This document shows, in pieces, positions 41,657 to 55,146 of a stretch of DNA of 64,000 bases. Position numbers and translations under genes: made by a program. The first letter of the stretch is position 1; each line of letters starts with the position of its first letter. Under the pieces are notes generated by a model that was not told where the DNA came from, did not search any database, and saw only the letters and a list, made by a program, of their open reading frames with translations. The DNA lies in the NCBI GenBank assembly GCA_964016885.1, contig OZ024742.1, forward strand, positions 310,124,001 through 310,188,000. Direction: 5' to 3'. The DNA is from Eledone cirrhosa. Lineage: Eukaryota.

Positions 41657-41843
41657 TGGATTGGCAATATCGATAGAGGGTCGGACGCCATGCTTTGACG
41701 CATAGAGTTACGGCCCTTGCCATTCTGAGTTCGAATCCCGCCGAGGTTAACTTTGCCTTTCATCCTTACGGGGTCGATAAAATAAAGTACCAGTAATGCA
41801 CTGGGTAATTGCTGGCCTTGTGCCAAAAGTAGAATCAATTATT
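41657..41843 (+). mobile_element. S1 SINE
   Basis: Clean B-box GTTCGAATCC; family match. Confidence 0.88.
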
Positions 41844-42089
41844 TAATTAAGCAGACAGTACCTGATTTAGGAGTTGCAGAAATCCCATATTGGATTTTAC
41901 CACCGCTTCCGGGGGCCGAGTATAATTTTCAATCATATTTTATTATATGTTTGACCCGAATCGTCTCAATGTGTTTGGCTTTTCAACGTATGTTATTGCT
42001 CTAGTTCACTCGTTTCTATGGAGCGCTTGCCACACATCTCGGAAGTTGTTTTTCGCTAATTTCCAATAGCCGAAATGCGATTCTCGCTA

Positions 42090-42181
<92 letters not shown>

Positions 42182-42277
42182 TATCAACTACAGTGCGTTA
42201 CCGATGCTTTATGTTATCGCCTGTCAGGCCCTAACTTTTAACTAAACATATAATTTACTTCCTCAATTATCAAGTAC

Positions 42278-42359
<82 letters not shown>

Positions 42360-42990
42360 CTCGCTGTCTCTCTCTATCACTCTTCCTCTCTATCCATCTA
42401 AATAAAGGACGATTTAACAAACATTTAATCAAATTTTATAAAATTAACATATGGTACTTGTTTATAACAAATGTAGTGCCGTGGAGGATCCTTTCTTATT
42501 TCTTATGGTATTACATAGTGATACATTCATCGCTATACTGCATTTTATAAGATATATTTGTTTTCGCGACCCTTGCAAAATTTCACCGCGACCTATAGTA
42601 TACGAAGTATTGATTTAATCCATTCTAATAAATATCAAGTTGGTTAAAAGCTGGAAAGGTGACACATATAAATACAATTGATGTCGACTTTGCTTTTCAT
42701 TCTTTCCCCGTCGACTGACTGATGAAGCGATAAATAGGAGTCTACTCCAAGTATGGACAACCTGTTTCGAGCAGTCGTCTGCACTACTAAAACACTTCAA
42801 GGTACTTTTTAAATTAGGTGTGTCATTCAGAAATCCAAAGGAGCCACAGTTTGCTCATGACTAGTCAACTTTGTTACAATCATTCGGGTCAGATCTCCTC
42901 CAGTTTAAGAATAACTTCCACCACTCCTCCCAACTGCTATAGAGGCCATGTAAAAGAGTAACGATCACTGGCCTCTTCCTCAGTCTAAAC

Positions 42991-43393
42991 CAGACCTGTC
43001 AACTGTCCCCGTCCGACGGGGAGATCTCTCACCCACTTTGGGGTGGGTGAGAGATGTCTTCTCTTGTGAAAATGGGTATAGCTTTCATTATGTAAAATCT
43101 CCCTATGTAGCGGCGGTGGATTGGCAGTATCGGTAGAGAGTCGGACGCCATGCTTTCCAGCATAGTTACATCCCTTTACGGTCTGAGTTCAAATCACTCC
43201 GAGGTTAACTTTGCCTTTCATCCTTACGGGGTCGATAAAATAAAGTACCAGTAATGTACTGAGTAATTGCTGGCCTTGTGCCAAAAGTAGAAACAATTAT
43301 GTAAAATTTCCCTATTTTGCCTCATTTCTCCATGTTTTGTGGCATATTTTCCCTCGTACTCTCTGTTTGGGCTTTTAGAGGTTGGCAGGTTTG
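42991..43393. mobile_element. M1 MITE interrupted by an S1 SINE (about 43107-43295) with 20-bp TSD
   Basis: TSD ATTATGTAAAAT(C/T)TCCCTAT at 43087-43106 and 43296-43315; MITE halves on either side. Confidence 0.88.
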
Positions 43394-44251
43394 TTAAACC
43401 ACAGTGCTGGGTTCCATGTATTCCACTGCCCCTATTCTTAGAATGTTTAGCGTTGTACCAGTGGAAACAAAACAACATTTACAAAACTAATTTTCATTAA
43501 GACTATTAGTTTCATTACTGTTAATGTCAGTGGTAGCAGTAGAGATGGTAGATTTTGAAGCATGCACATACTAGCCATGACTATAATAATGATGTTGATG
43601 ATGATAAAGGTGAATTTTAATAAAGTTTAAGTTGTGAACTTTATAAATCTGTTGACATGAGGTGGATGGAAATGAAAATAGACATCGTTGACATATTTGC
43701 CCGACGGACGCACATAAACACAGTCGTATACTCATATACACACACTGACACATGCACACAGATGCAGACGTGCACACTAATACCCGTACATATACACATT
43801 CATTCCCACTCACATACCTACAAACACATAACTATTTTCAATAGCAAAGTAATAACTAAAATATGGAAATTAGAAAAGACAAAGAAAACCCAGTACTAAA
43901 CAGGCAATATATTTATCAAGCTTTTAATTCTGAAAGGAAAAGTTGGTCTCGGTGTGATTTGAACTGAGTACAGAGATACGGGAGAAATTCTACCTGGCAT
44001 TTAATGACACAGCCTAATATATGTATTTATAAGAATTCGAATACCTTTGGATTGTCCTTTTCAGGCCCTTAGAACTTAAAGGATTATGGTGCTCCCATAA
44101 TCTGCAAAAAATATTTTTGGGAGAACATACATTTCATTTAAATGAAATGATGCCCCTCTTCGCTTGATATCCTAAACATGTGCTAACTTTGTTTAATGGT
44201 TAATCCAACACTGTCTGTGTCTATAGGGATATGGATGTTAATACATGTGTA

Positions 44252-44430
44252 TATGAGGATCGGCTAAAGAGTTCATAGGGTGATCAAGACACTCTCATAG
44301 AATGACCAAATGAGGTTTATTTATCAACATCATCCTTGGAAAGAAACAATACTAATAAGAAGAGTTGAAACTAATGAATGCAAGATTTTACTTCATAGAC
44401 AGCCTATGAAATTTTCAGCTTACCCTTATA
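44252..44430. mobile_element. mariner-type MITE
   Basis: TATGAGGATCGGCTAAAGAGTTCATAGG ... CCTATGAAATTTTCAGCTTACCCTTATA imperfect TIRs. Confidence 0.6.
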
Positions 44431-44704
44431 GACTCTTGTAAACCTGATAGATGGGAACATAATTTCACAATCTTGAGGTACTGGTGGGTAACTTCGAGTA
44501 TCGTTTAATATAACCTCGAAACGACATAAGCATTTTGAGAGAAATAGGATTGACGAAGACTATTTGGAAGCCCATCAGATAAGCTGTACCCCTATAATTC
44601 AAATGTTCAACATTGCCACATAATGTGTCGAGCTAAATGTTTCCGACAAAATTATGTCAAACATATACGATACACGTGTCTCTGGAATATCCAGTCACTT
44701 ACAC

Positions 44705-44899
44705 CAGACCTGTCAACGCTCTCCGTCCGACGGGGGAGATCTCCCACTCACTTTGGGGAGGGTGAGAGATGTCTTCTCCTGTGAAAATGGGTATAGCTTT
44801 CATTATGTAAAATCTCCCCATTTTACCTCATTTCTCCCCGTTTTGGGGCACTTTTTTAATGGTACTCCCCGTTTGGGTTTTTAAAGGTTGGCAGGTCTG
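44705..44899. mobile_element. M1 MITE, TSD CTTACAC
   Basis: TIRs CAGACCTGTCAAC / GTTGGCAGGTCTG; 7-bp duplication. Confidence 0.88.
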
Positions 44900-45230
44900 C
44901 TTACACATTAATTTAACGAATATATTGTGCCTTTAACCAAATCACAGCACACTCGTCGTAAGAACCGACGAAGATCCTCCTATTTACTTTACCTTTATGT
45001 GTATAGGTAGCTTTCAGTATGAAACACATGTAGATTATAAAGGTGCAGTTTATTGCAATACAATGTCATATATATGGTATGTTTGTTTTGATCGTTAATG
45101 TCACTGGGATTGTTTTCAATTTTTCTTTCCTCTTTATTTTTGTTCCTATTTGTCAAATTCCTCTGAACTTTACGTGGAAAGGCCTGGGAAAATGTTTGAA
45201 AGTTTTGCAACTTTGCTAGACACATACATA

Positions 45231-45318
<88 letters not shown>

Positions 45319-45434
45319 GGGATGACGTCACACATACATAGATGATTATAATTATATATTTGCAGTTATGTATTTATAATTTCATGTGTATATATACACA
45401 TACATATCTATATCTATATCTATATCTATCTATC

Positions 45435-45749
45435 TATCACCTTCATCACCTTGACCGACCAGTCTGTCGGGCCCATTCGGCGCCGCTGGTCACAGCACGT
45501 GGTGTTTTAGCCATACGATGTCGTCATCCCACTGGCTGGGCGGGCAGGCCGTAAGTCTAAAGTCTGTCTTAAGCCAGAAGGCTCATTTGGCCGGTGCTTA
45601 TCCCGGTTTCATGGCGTGAAGCGACTGAGAGTACAAGACTCCCACCTGAACAGGACGCCAGTCCATCGCAGGGTTAAACCTCCAGCTATTACTGGTACTC
45701 ATTTTCAGCTGAGTAAACTGGAGCAACGTGAAATAAAGTGTCTTGCTCA

Positions 45750-45750
<1 letters not shown>
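45435..45750 (-). mobile_element. 5'-truncated SINE with CORE- and V-domain-like segments
   Basis: gccggtgcttatcccggtttcatggcgtgaagcgac..gtccatcgcaggg..ggtactcatttt..aagtgtcttgctcaa. Confidence 0.5.
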
Positions 45751-45823
<73 letters not shown>

Positions 45824-46165
45824 CTACTCCTCCATCACTTTACCACTTCTCCTTAGAGCTATCAATTTTCAGCCTACCCTCATAGACTCTTGTAAACCTG
45901 ATAGATGGGAACATAATTTCACAATCTTGAGGTACTGGTGGGTAACTTCGAGTATCGTTTAATATAACCTCGAAACGACATAAGTATTTTGAGAGAAATA
46001 GGATTGACGAAGACTATTTGGAAGCCCATCAGATAAGCTGTACCCCTATAATTCAAATGTTCAACATTGCCACATAATGTGTCGAGCTAAATGTCCCCGA
46101 CAAAATTATGTCAAACATTCACGATACACGTGTCTCTGGAATATCCAGTCACTTATATGTATTAT

Positions 46166-47881
46166 ATATATTACTATTCCTCCATCACTTTACCACTTCT
46201 CCTTAGAGCTATCAATTTCGCTAAAACACTCACAGCGGTTAAGGATTTCGAAGTTGAGGTCATCGTCAATGCCCGTAAGTCGGTGATTAATTTCGACGAC
46301 TCTATTTGGATTAAAAAATCTAATAGTATGCTATTCGACGTGAGTATGGGCGCTAGCAATTCTGCGGAGGTTACTGATCTTATCGGCCTTTTCCTTCTTT
46401 TCTCTATCAAGGAAGAATTTCCCAACGTGGGCGGTGGTTTGTACCGTGATGATGGTCTTTTGACCATGACTAAGTGCGGCCCACGTGCTTGCGACAGGTT
46501 CAGAAAGAACTCACAGCCTTCTTTAAAGGCTTCAACCTCTCCATACAGGTTGAGGCCAACCTCTCGGTCGTTAATTACCTCGACGTTATCCTCAATTTAT
46601 CGAATGGCTTGCATTACCCGTATAGAAAGCCGAATGATACGCTTAATTACATAAGTAAGCATTCTAACCATCCTGCCAGCATAACCAAGAACCTGGTAAG
46701 AAACGTTTCTTTGAGGCTTTCCCGTCTATCTACTAACGAGCATATTTTCAACGACCATTCCACATATTACAATGAAGCTCTTGCTCGGAGTGGATTTGTC
46801 GATAAGGTAGCATATACAGAGTACGAGAATAGACCTAGAAGAAATAGATCCCGTCTCATTTGTTGGTTTAACCCACCATATAATATGGAGGTGGCCACAC
46901 CATTAGCTAAGATCTTTCTCTCCCTTATTATGAAGCATTTTCCCCCTACACATAAATATAGTAACATTTTTAATAGAAATAGTATTAACATTCTTACTCT
47001 ACGACTCCTAACCTTGCACATAACATCACAGCTTCAAATTTAGCTAAACTACCTAGCCGTAGGAACACGTGCCACCCTGTAGTTAGTACTAACTGTAATT
47101 GTAGGAATCGGGTTGACTGCCGCCTATCCGGGAAATGCCTCTCTAGTAACATTGTCTATAAATGTAAGGTTGAAATTCCCACGTCCCGTAGGGCCTACAT
47201 AGGGTTAACCGCCAATAGATTCAAGCAGCGTCTTTACATGCACACCCATTCTTTTCTTAACCCTTTAAGAAGGAATATGACGTCACTTTCAGCTTATATC
47301 TGGAGTCTAAAAGACAACCACACCCAATATAAGTTACACTGGGAGATTCTAGCTAGGGCTAGATCGTATAACGGAAATAAAAGACGATGTGACCTCTGCG
47401 CCGCTGAGGCCCTGGAAATACTCCACGCCAAATACCACTTCTTAAACAAAAAATCTGAGGCAATTTCGGCTTGTAAACATAAATTGCACAATACTTTCCT
47501 GTGTTACAGCCCCACATTATACCCTAACGGATAGTAGGAACTATATGCGGATATTTTACGTCTTGATGTGGTAGCTAAGTATATGTTATGTTTATACCAT
47601 TACTTATTTGTATAGGTAAGTATATATTACCTGTATGTTTTGTGAAGGTACGTATCCTTTCTCGTGCGTATATTTGATTGTATATGTTATGGCGTATATA
47701 TTATATATTCTGGTACATATGCTTTTGGTTACGTGTATACGTGAGTTTTGCGTCTGTGTGAGTATGCGAGTTCGTACGAATGTAGGGTGTGTGTATATGT
47801 GTACTTTGTGTTTTGTTTGACGTACGTCTCCGAATATATGTGTATTTACATGTAGTTATGTGTGTGCGCTTGTCATATACG

Positions 47882-47888
<7 letters not shown>
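46166..47888 (+). mobile_element. 5'-truncated, frameshifted PLE, family P1 (RT + GIY-YIG)
   Basis: Encodes FDVSMGASNSAEV, LYRDDGL, VNYLDVIL, PYRKPN..YI...SNHP, WFNPPY, YIGLT and CDLC..E..LN. Confidence 0.93.
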
Positions 47889-47921
<33 letters not shown>

Positions 47922-47966
47922 CGAAACATAAGTCAATTGCATGAACTCATAAATAATCCTTTATTT

Positions 47967-48022
47967 ACTGCTATATATATTTCGATGATAGCCATTGAAT
48001 GGCTATGACCTCATCAGGCAGT
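47967..48022 (-). ncRNA. Type I hammerhead (family H4)
   Basis: ACTGC-CTGATGA-GGTcATAGCCAT-tca-ATGGCTATcATC-GAAATATATATA-GCAGT. Confidence 0.85.
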
Positions 48023-48082
48023 TAGTCAGTACTTAGATATGCCAGCTCTGTATTTATGGTGTTGATGGTATCAGAGCCTTGG

Positions 48083-48113
<31 letters not shown>

Positions 48114-48635
48114 CATTTATATATATCTTTGCTTTTACTTTTGTCATTATTATCTTTATCTTTATTTTTATATATATATATTTATCTCTTTATATCTCCC
48201 CCTCTAACTCACCCCCTCTACCCATCAATTTAATTCTCTTTAACTCACTACATTCCACGACATGAAGTCTGCTATCAAAACTGACCAAGGAATCTTTCCA
48301 CCTCTACCCCTCCCTCCATCTCAGTTTGTCACTCTACTTCCTACCTCTTCCCCCTTCCTCTCTCTCTCTATACTATTCCGTTTGTCTCCTCACCTTCTGA
48401 TTCCTCTCTCTCTATACTAGTAAATACAATTCCAAATAAATGTTTTTCTCTATATATTAAGAAATATTTCAAGAGTAACTTACTCACTATTTTGAAAATT
48501 TGGACTGTGAACAACAATTATAATTGAGTGGCTGCTATAGCAATATAGCAATATAAGGTTGCATTTACCAATGAAACGGTCGTAAATACTTGGATAGAAT
48601 CCTTCTCTTAATGCTTAACTGTGTTTTCTCTTTTA

Positions 48636-48751
<116 letters not shown>

Positions 48752-49069
48752 AAATGCGTTAGATCCTTGGTACAGTTAGGTATATTTGAAAAAAGTAAAA
48801 GAATGACTTCACTTGTAGTTGGTATTCTATAACAATTTAATTATATAATTTTACAATTTGGTTATGTAGATCTAATAAGTCCTTTGTTTTTTAGGTGGAA
48901 AGTTTTTAAAAAATCCTGGCTAACTTCTTGGAGAATTTTTTCGCATTCGTCGGTGGTGATTGTCAAACTGATTTAAAGTTATGAGTTGGTGTATATATAA
49001 AGAATTTCAGTGTGTGTCTGCGTAAATAGATAGATAGATATATAGATATGTAAGTAGAAAGATAGATAA

Positions 49070-52000
49070 ATTTCTTTATTAGCCACAAGGGCACAAAAGA
49101 AGGGGACAAATACAAATGGGGAGTTTACATACAGGTATATGAAAATAAAACTATTAATAATATAACAAATAACAATTGAAATCCACAATAGGACGGAGGC
49201 GTTACATAGGGGTTGTACACACCCCGAAAAAATGTACAACCCTCCAGGAGCACCAAGAGTGAGTACTCCCTTCCTCTCTTCCTCTTTTGCCTCAACCTAC
49301 AGGCTTATATAGAGAGAAGGCCCAACCACTCGGGCCATCTTTGCCACATTCACCCACCTTTTATAAAATTTGCTGGGGTACAGCACCTCTCTCTCCATCC
49401 TGATTCTTCTTCCAAAATGATATTTGAAAAAAGAATCAGTTGCTCGACGGGGAGAAAGGTGTCTGACCTAGGCCCTTTTAACCTCGTCCACCATATAACC
49501 TCTTTCACCATAGCCATAACACATAGGAAAACCGCCTCTCCCTCGTTTTTGAAGGAGGGTGGCGTTTTGATCATGACAATGGATTCGGTGGTCAACTGGA
49601 TTGGTCTTATGAACCATTCGTATTCCTCCAGTAAGGTGCCGACCTCCCCGATTTGCGAGGTGCTCGACACCATTACTGCAACGTCGTCGACGTAGGCCGA
49701 CGCCGCTTTTCCCAGTCCCGATTCCAAAGGGACGCCCTGTAATAGCTCCAGCTTCCGCAGTAGTGGCTCGAGAGTCAGTACGTACAGAAGGGGAGAAGGC
49801 ATCCCTGTCGGATGGATCGCGTGATATGGAACGACTCCGAGAGGTAGCCGTTCACCTTGACCCTTGAGCAGATGTTGCTGTTGTGCATTGCAGCAATCCA
49901 GCCCCTGAAACGGGTCCGAACCCTGCCGCCTCGAGCACCGCATCCAGGTAACGATGGTCAACCCTATCGAAAGCCTTAGACTGATCCAAGTTGATCAGGG
50001 CCCCACCGAAGCCGGGTTTACACCCTACCCTCTCTATGATGTATCGCATGAGGTGAAGGTTGTCGTGTATGGACCTGGTCGGGATTGCGCATGTCTGCGC
50101 TTCCCCCACCAGGTTTTGGACGACAAGCGCCAGCCTCTTTGCCAACACCTTGGCCAAAATCTGTAACTCTGTGTTGAGGCAGAGGTATGGGCCGGAAGTT
50201 TACTATGTCATCCCCCTTATTCTCGTCCTTCCTGACTAATGTGTCTACGCCCTCGGTCACATAACTGGGAATTCTCCCGTTCTGCTGCCAGTTGCAGTAG
50301 ACCGCTTCCAGGAGACCAGAGAACAAGTCCGGCATTGCTACATAAAATTCGTAGGGTAGACCGTCGAGACCTGGAGATTTGCATCTGCCACATTGGTTCA
50401 GCGCGTCCATTATCTTAGCGGCCGAAATTGGCCTTTCGCAGAACTTCTCCTCGCTGTCCGAGAGTCGCGGTAGGCCGTCGAGGTATGGACCGAATTCCAC
50501 AGCCCCTCTCGGCGCGCCGCCCTGCCCGAACAGTTGAGCAAAGTGCCGCTGAAAGGCCGCGCACATCTGCTTCGGTTCACTTATCACGCGTCCGTCTTGG
50601 TCCTTCAAAGACCGAATCGTGGACTTGTTGCCACTTTTCGCCTCCGTCATTCGGGCCCAGCCAACAGCTTTGGCTCCCTCGTTTCCCAAAGCACGTCTTT
50701 TGCTACTGACAACGCAGCCTTCGTGCTTTGCTTCGAAGAACTGGTCCAAGGCCGTTCTCGTCGCTAGCACACTGGCTACGTTGCCACTCCTAAGTGACTC
50801 CTCTACTTTATCTACCAGTTCCTTTTCGGTCTTATTTCTATCTAACACTAATTCTTTACTAAAACCTATCGAGTCTAATCTAACTGCCCTCTTGAGAGAG
50901 TACCACCATCTGTTGTTGACAATGGCCCCCGTCAAGTGCTGCTTAACTAAAGTGCTAATCCGTCTACTGTAGGCTTTGGATGTCGGTAACGACAAGTTCA
51001 GCTTCCAGTAGCCGGGTCCCTGTCTATGGGTTTTGTCAAGGTTGACTAAGCAGGTCACTAATTTGTGATCTGAATAAGCAACCATGAACATTTGTGGACA
51101 GCTTAACATGTCCCTATCCTTCTTTCTAACTAGAACCCTATCTAGGTACGATCTAGATGTTCCGCTAAGATTAGTCCACGTCCACAGTGGCACAGTCGGA
51201 AAATCTAGTCGATATCTATCGGCCAGGTCAAATCAGCCGATTAACTGTTTGAGGCTGTTAACCCCACCCTCTATTAGGACATGCTACCACATAGTCCCAA
51301 CGTGCATCTAGGATTCCATTCCAGTCCCTCACTAACAGCTGGGAGCGGGACGTTCCCAGAAAAAAGTTTCTAGAGGTTTGAAGAAGTCTGGCCGCGGTGT
51401 CCCGGATGCGACCACCAGCCTGAAGGCTCCACCTTCACTACCGTCAACGTTTAGGACCACCAGTCGTCCCTCCGGGTCCAGAGTACCGTCTGTGTTACGA
51501 GGTCCAGGTGTTTCCGCAGCAAAACGGCAACCCCACCCCCACCTCCCGGCTGATAGAGAGATGCGTAGATCTCAAAGTCGTCGAAGATGGGGGCCAGTTG
51601 TCACTCGCTGTGGATCCTGGACTCCAAAATGGCTACTACATCTATACTGTGCGACCTGAGGTCGTTTAAGAGTTTGCGCTGTTTCCAGGGCATCCCCAGG
51701 CCGCGTACATTCACACATCCAACTCTTATATTGGCCATGTTGGTGCTGAAAAGTTAAAAGAAGAGGAAAAGAAATCACTCACCTCTTCGTCTCCTGGGAA
51801 CCAGGCTGCACAATTTCAATGGGGGTGTTGGAGGGGTTGTTTGGTGGGGTGGTGGTCTCTGGTGGGGTGGGGACGGAGATGTTTGGTGAGGAGGAAGTGT
51901 CACGTGGGGGGAAATTTTTCTTTTAACTGTTTATGTGTGTCCATGGAGGTCCTAATCATTTTAAGATTAGGATTCTCCGAAGAGTGTGTAAAAGTTTTCC

Positions 52001-53325
52001 CTTCGGTCAACACCGAAGGGTTTTTATATATGGTGTCTGTTAAGGTTTTATTGTTAGTATTTATGTAGGTGTAACATTTTTGTTGTGTTGGGTTGCTTTT
52101 TTGTCTTTGGTTCTTCTGTGTGTTTACGTTTTGTAGTAGGTGTTTTGTTTTCAGGAGGGGGTGTTTTTGTTTGTGCTGTTTGCGTCGCTTGTGTTGCTGT
52201 TTGTGTGTGTGTTGCATTTTTGTTTGTGTTATGTCTTTTCTTTTTTCTTTTTACTGGTCGGAAAGGCTCTCCCTCATCGTCACTGGGTGACGATGATGAT
52301 GCCTCATCCGTGTTGTTGGGGAGGGGTCCATTTTGGGGAGCTGTTATGTGTGTGGGTGTTTGTGGAGTTGTTTTAGGTGGGGAGGGGTTGGGTGGGACTG
52401 TGTTTGTCGTTTGTTTTGTTGTCACTGTGTTTTTATGTTGTTGTTGTTGTTGTTTCGGTGGTGGTGATTGTTGTGCTGGTGTTGCAGGTGTTGGCAGTAA
52501 TGCCTTTTTTGGGCTAGTTAGCCGAGGACACGAAGCTCACAGGTGACCCCTGCTTAGGCGGTGGTAACATGAGGGCCACCTACCCTCGACCGAAATGTTT
52601 ATGTATATAAGTCCATCCAGAAGCACACGTTCCGGGATCCTAGCTATTCGTTCTGGTGTCATTTGGACCAGAATTTACAGGCTAGTTCCGCTAAACAGGT
52701 CGCCGGCGGACTTACCTACCGATATTATTGTGTCTTTTTCGTGGTTTAAAAATCCACATAGTACCCACCAAATATCAATATTTGGTGTGATACTTTGAAT
52801 TTTTATTTCCTGTGTTCTTTTCCCCATGTAAGTGGGGGAAAAGGTGAACAACGGTGACACAATTGGCGACACAGAGTATTTCTGTGCCGTCAGTTGGTCT
52901 TTCATCAGAATGGATAAACTCCCGTAGAGTTTACCCTTCTGAATGAAAGCAATGTCTTTTAAGGTATCTTCTAAAACCAACTCAATTTCGCCTTGTGAAT
53001 GTTGAGTCGGTTTTCGGGTTTTGTTTGAGACTGTCTTAAAAACCACAGTTTTCAAGGCAGCTTCTCTTCGCAAATCTGGGGGAGAGTTTATGGAGAATGA
53101 TCCGTTCTCTCCAAAAGTTATGTACTGTCTGGCGTTATTCAAAAGCTCATTTGCATTTGAAATATCTACCGGAGTGTAGCTTACCGTTTTCTTTACGGTT
53201 TGCGCAAACGATATTTTGTCGTTTAATTCCTTGTTGCAGTTATTGGTCTTGTTGTTGTTGTTGTTATTATTATTGTTGTTGGTGTTGTTTTCGTTCGTAG
53301 CATTGTTTTTGTTGAGGTAGGTAGT
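49070..53325 (-). mobile_element. Tx1/L1-clade LINE: ORF1 + ORF2 (APE-RT), frameshifted, with internal deletion after the RT
   Basis: ORF1 has a decayed CCHC knuckle (CYHRLSRGHL*ASCP). APE motifs GCVNVRGL, DWN, YLDR..SDH, GPGYWKLN. RT motifs KSPGLDGLPYEFY, LDQSKAFDRVDH, SPLLY, AYVDD. AATAAA near the 3' end. Confidence 0.92.
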
Positions 53326-53360
53326 TATATATATGTATATATATATATATATATGTAGAT

Positions 53361-54097
53361 CCCGGGTTAAATCGGGGATAACCACAGTAAGTAAGGTACT
53401 CAATACATAGCAGAGTAAAAGTAATCTGTATATATAAAAGCAAGTCGGTCTGTGTGTGTGTCTGTCTGTGTGTCTGTCTGTGTACAAATACTAGGCTCCT
53501 TTTAACTTTTGAAGTACTAGGCTGATTTCAACCAAATTTGGCACACATATTGCTTATATACCAGAGCAGGTTTTGGACAAAACAAATTTGAAACAAAAAT
53601 CGATATTGGGGCCGAAAAATCGATTTTGTGTGTGTATCTGTCTGTGTACAAATACTAGGCTCCTTTTAACTTTTGAAGTACTAGGCCGATTTGCTTCAAG
53701 GAATGATATTTCTATGTCCAGTGGTAGTGGCAGCGCCATCTTACGCATAGGGTTTAGTCTACTGAAGGACATACGGTGAGTCTATTCGATCTTTATCCCC
53801 TTACTCATACCTACTACAGCAAGGCCGGACCTGAAATCATTCACGTCAATTAACTCAAGCTACCCCATGAATTGTTTTTATGTTGCCATTTATTTCACTC
53901 AATCATGTCACTGTACACCCATTTTGTTTAACTTTTTTTTAAAATTACATTTCAATTCTTTGCTCAACCTTTGGCTCTCTTTATACGGACAAACAGGCTG
54001 TCATTCATTTCCCGAGCAACGCTGGGTACATCTGCTAGTTTAATATAGAAATGGCTTCTACAGGACTAGAACTGTTTCATTCGGAGGAAATCATCAG
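53361..54097 (-). mobile_element. H1 HHR element split by a Helitron
   Basis: 53361-53424 joined to 54039-54097 reconstitutes the 3644-3765 sequence, including the HHR core at about 54055-54097. Confidence 0.82.
53425..54038 (+). mobile_element. Non-autonomous Helitron (~614 bp)
   Basis: Inserted between A and T with no TSD. 5' end TCTGTATATATAAAAG; 3' hairpin CCCGAGC-AAC-GCTGGG about 8 nt before terminal CTAG. Internal ~60-bp duplication and GT/GTCT microsatellite. Confidence 0.85.
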
Positions 54098-54121
54098 ATA
54101 TATATATATAAATGTATATAT

Positions 54122-54273
54122 ATAGATAGATAGATAGGTAGGTATATAGATAGATAGGTAGGTAGGTAGATAGATGACTAGGTAGGTAGGTAGGTAGGTA
54201 GGTAGGTAGGTAGGTAGGTAGGTAGGTAGGTAGGTAGGTAGGTAGGTAGGTAGATAGATAGGTAGGTAGGTAG
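54122..54273. repeat. (TAGA)/(TAGG)n microsatellite
   Basis: Direct. Confidence 0.95.
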
Positions 54274-55146
54274 GGAAGGTTTTATCTAGTAATTGTTAAG
54301 GTTTGTAAGATATCTTCAATAGTTTGGATTTCGTCTATGATCCAATAAAGTATTCCAAACGGTGTTAGGACAGGCACAGCAAACATATTCTGAGTCATTG
54401 CTTGATATAAATAAAAGAATGGTGACTTGAAATATTGCGCTATTCTTTGGGCAAGTGTCTTCTACGTGTAAGAGTCGAACTCACACTGTCATCGCCTCAT
54501 CTCTCTCGCCCTCCCTATCTCTCTCTATGGTGAGCAAGTGGGGTCCCACGTGCTGGCCTCCCCACAACCCCGGCGGACAGAATGGAGAAGGCGTTTCCCA
54601 AAAGCTCCGATGACACCCGTGTTCTACTTACCAGTGGCGAATTATTAAATATAATAATTCGCTATAGATAGCGTAACCAGAGTATAAACAATTGTCAGTT
54701 TATAAATGCCTTAATTCTTTGGTTTATATACAAACTATAAATATGTAACAGCTATGCATGATCTTCATTGCATTGAGGTAAAAAACACCCTGTAAATGAG
54801 TATATTGACTTTCGGGGTCGATAAAATAAAGTACCAGTGATGCACTGGGTAATTGCTGGCCTTGTGCCAAATGTAGAAACAATTAATATTATTATTATAT
54901 TATAATATTAGTATTATTATGTCGTAAACTACCTGGTTGTGGTGAGGCTGATAAAGTTGTTAGACTTCATGTGTACTTGGAGGAGATGGTTGTAGCGTGA
55001 TTCAACAGTGTAACGAGTAGTTTTTATAGTAGGTGATCACCAACTAAGGTATCCTCGAAGAAAATCCATCCGAGTTAGTCATTTATATATATGTGTTTGT
55101 GCATAGAACAATAAAAAAAAAACAGAAATCAGGTGTAGGTAGATAT

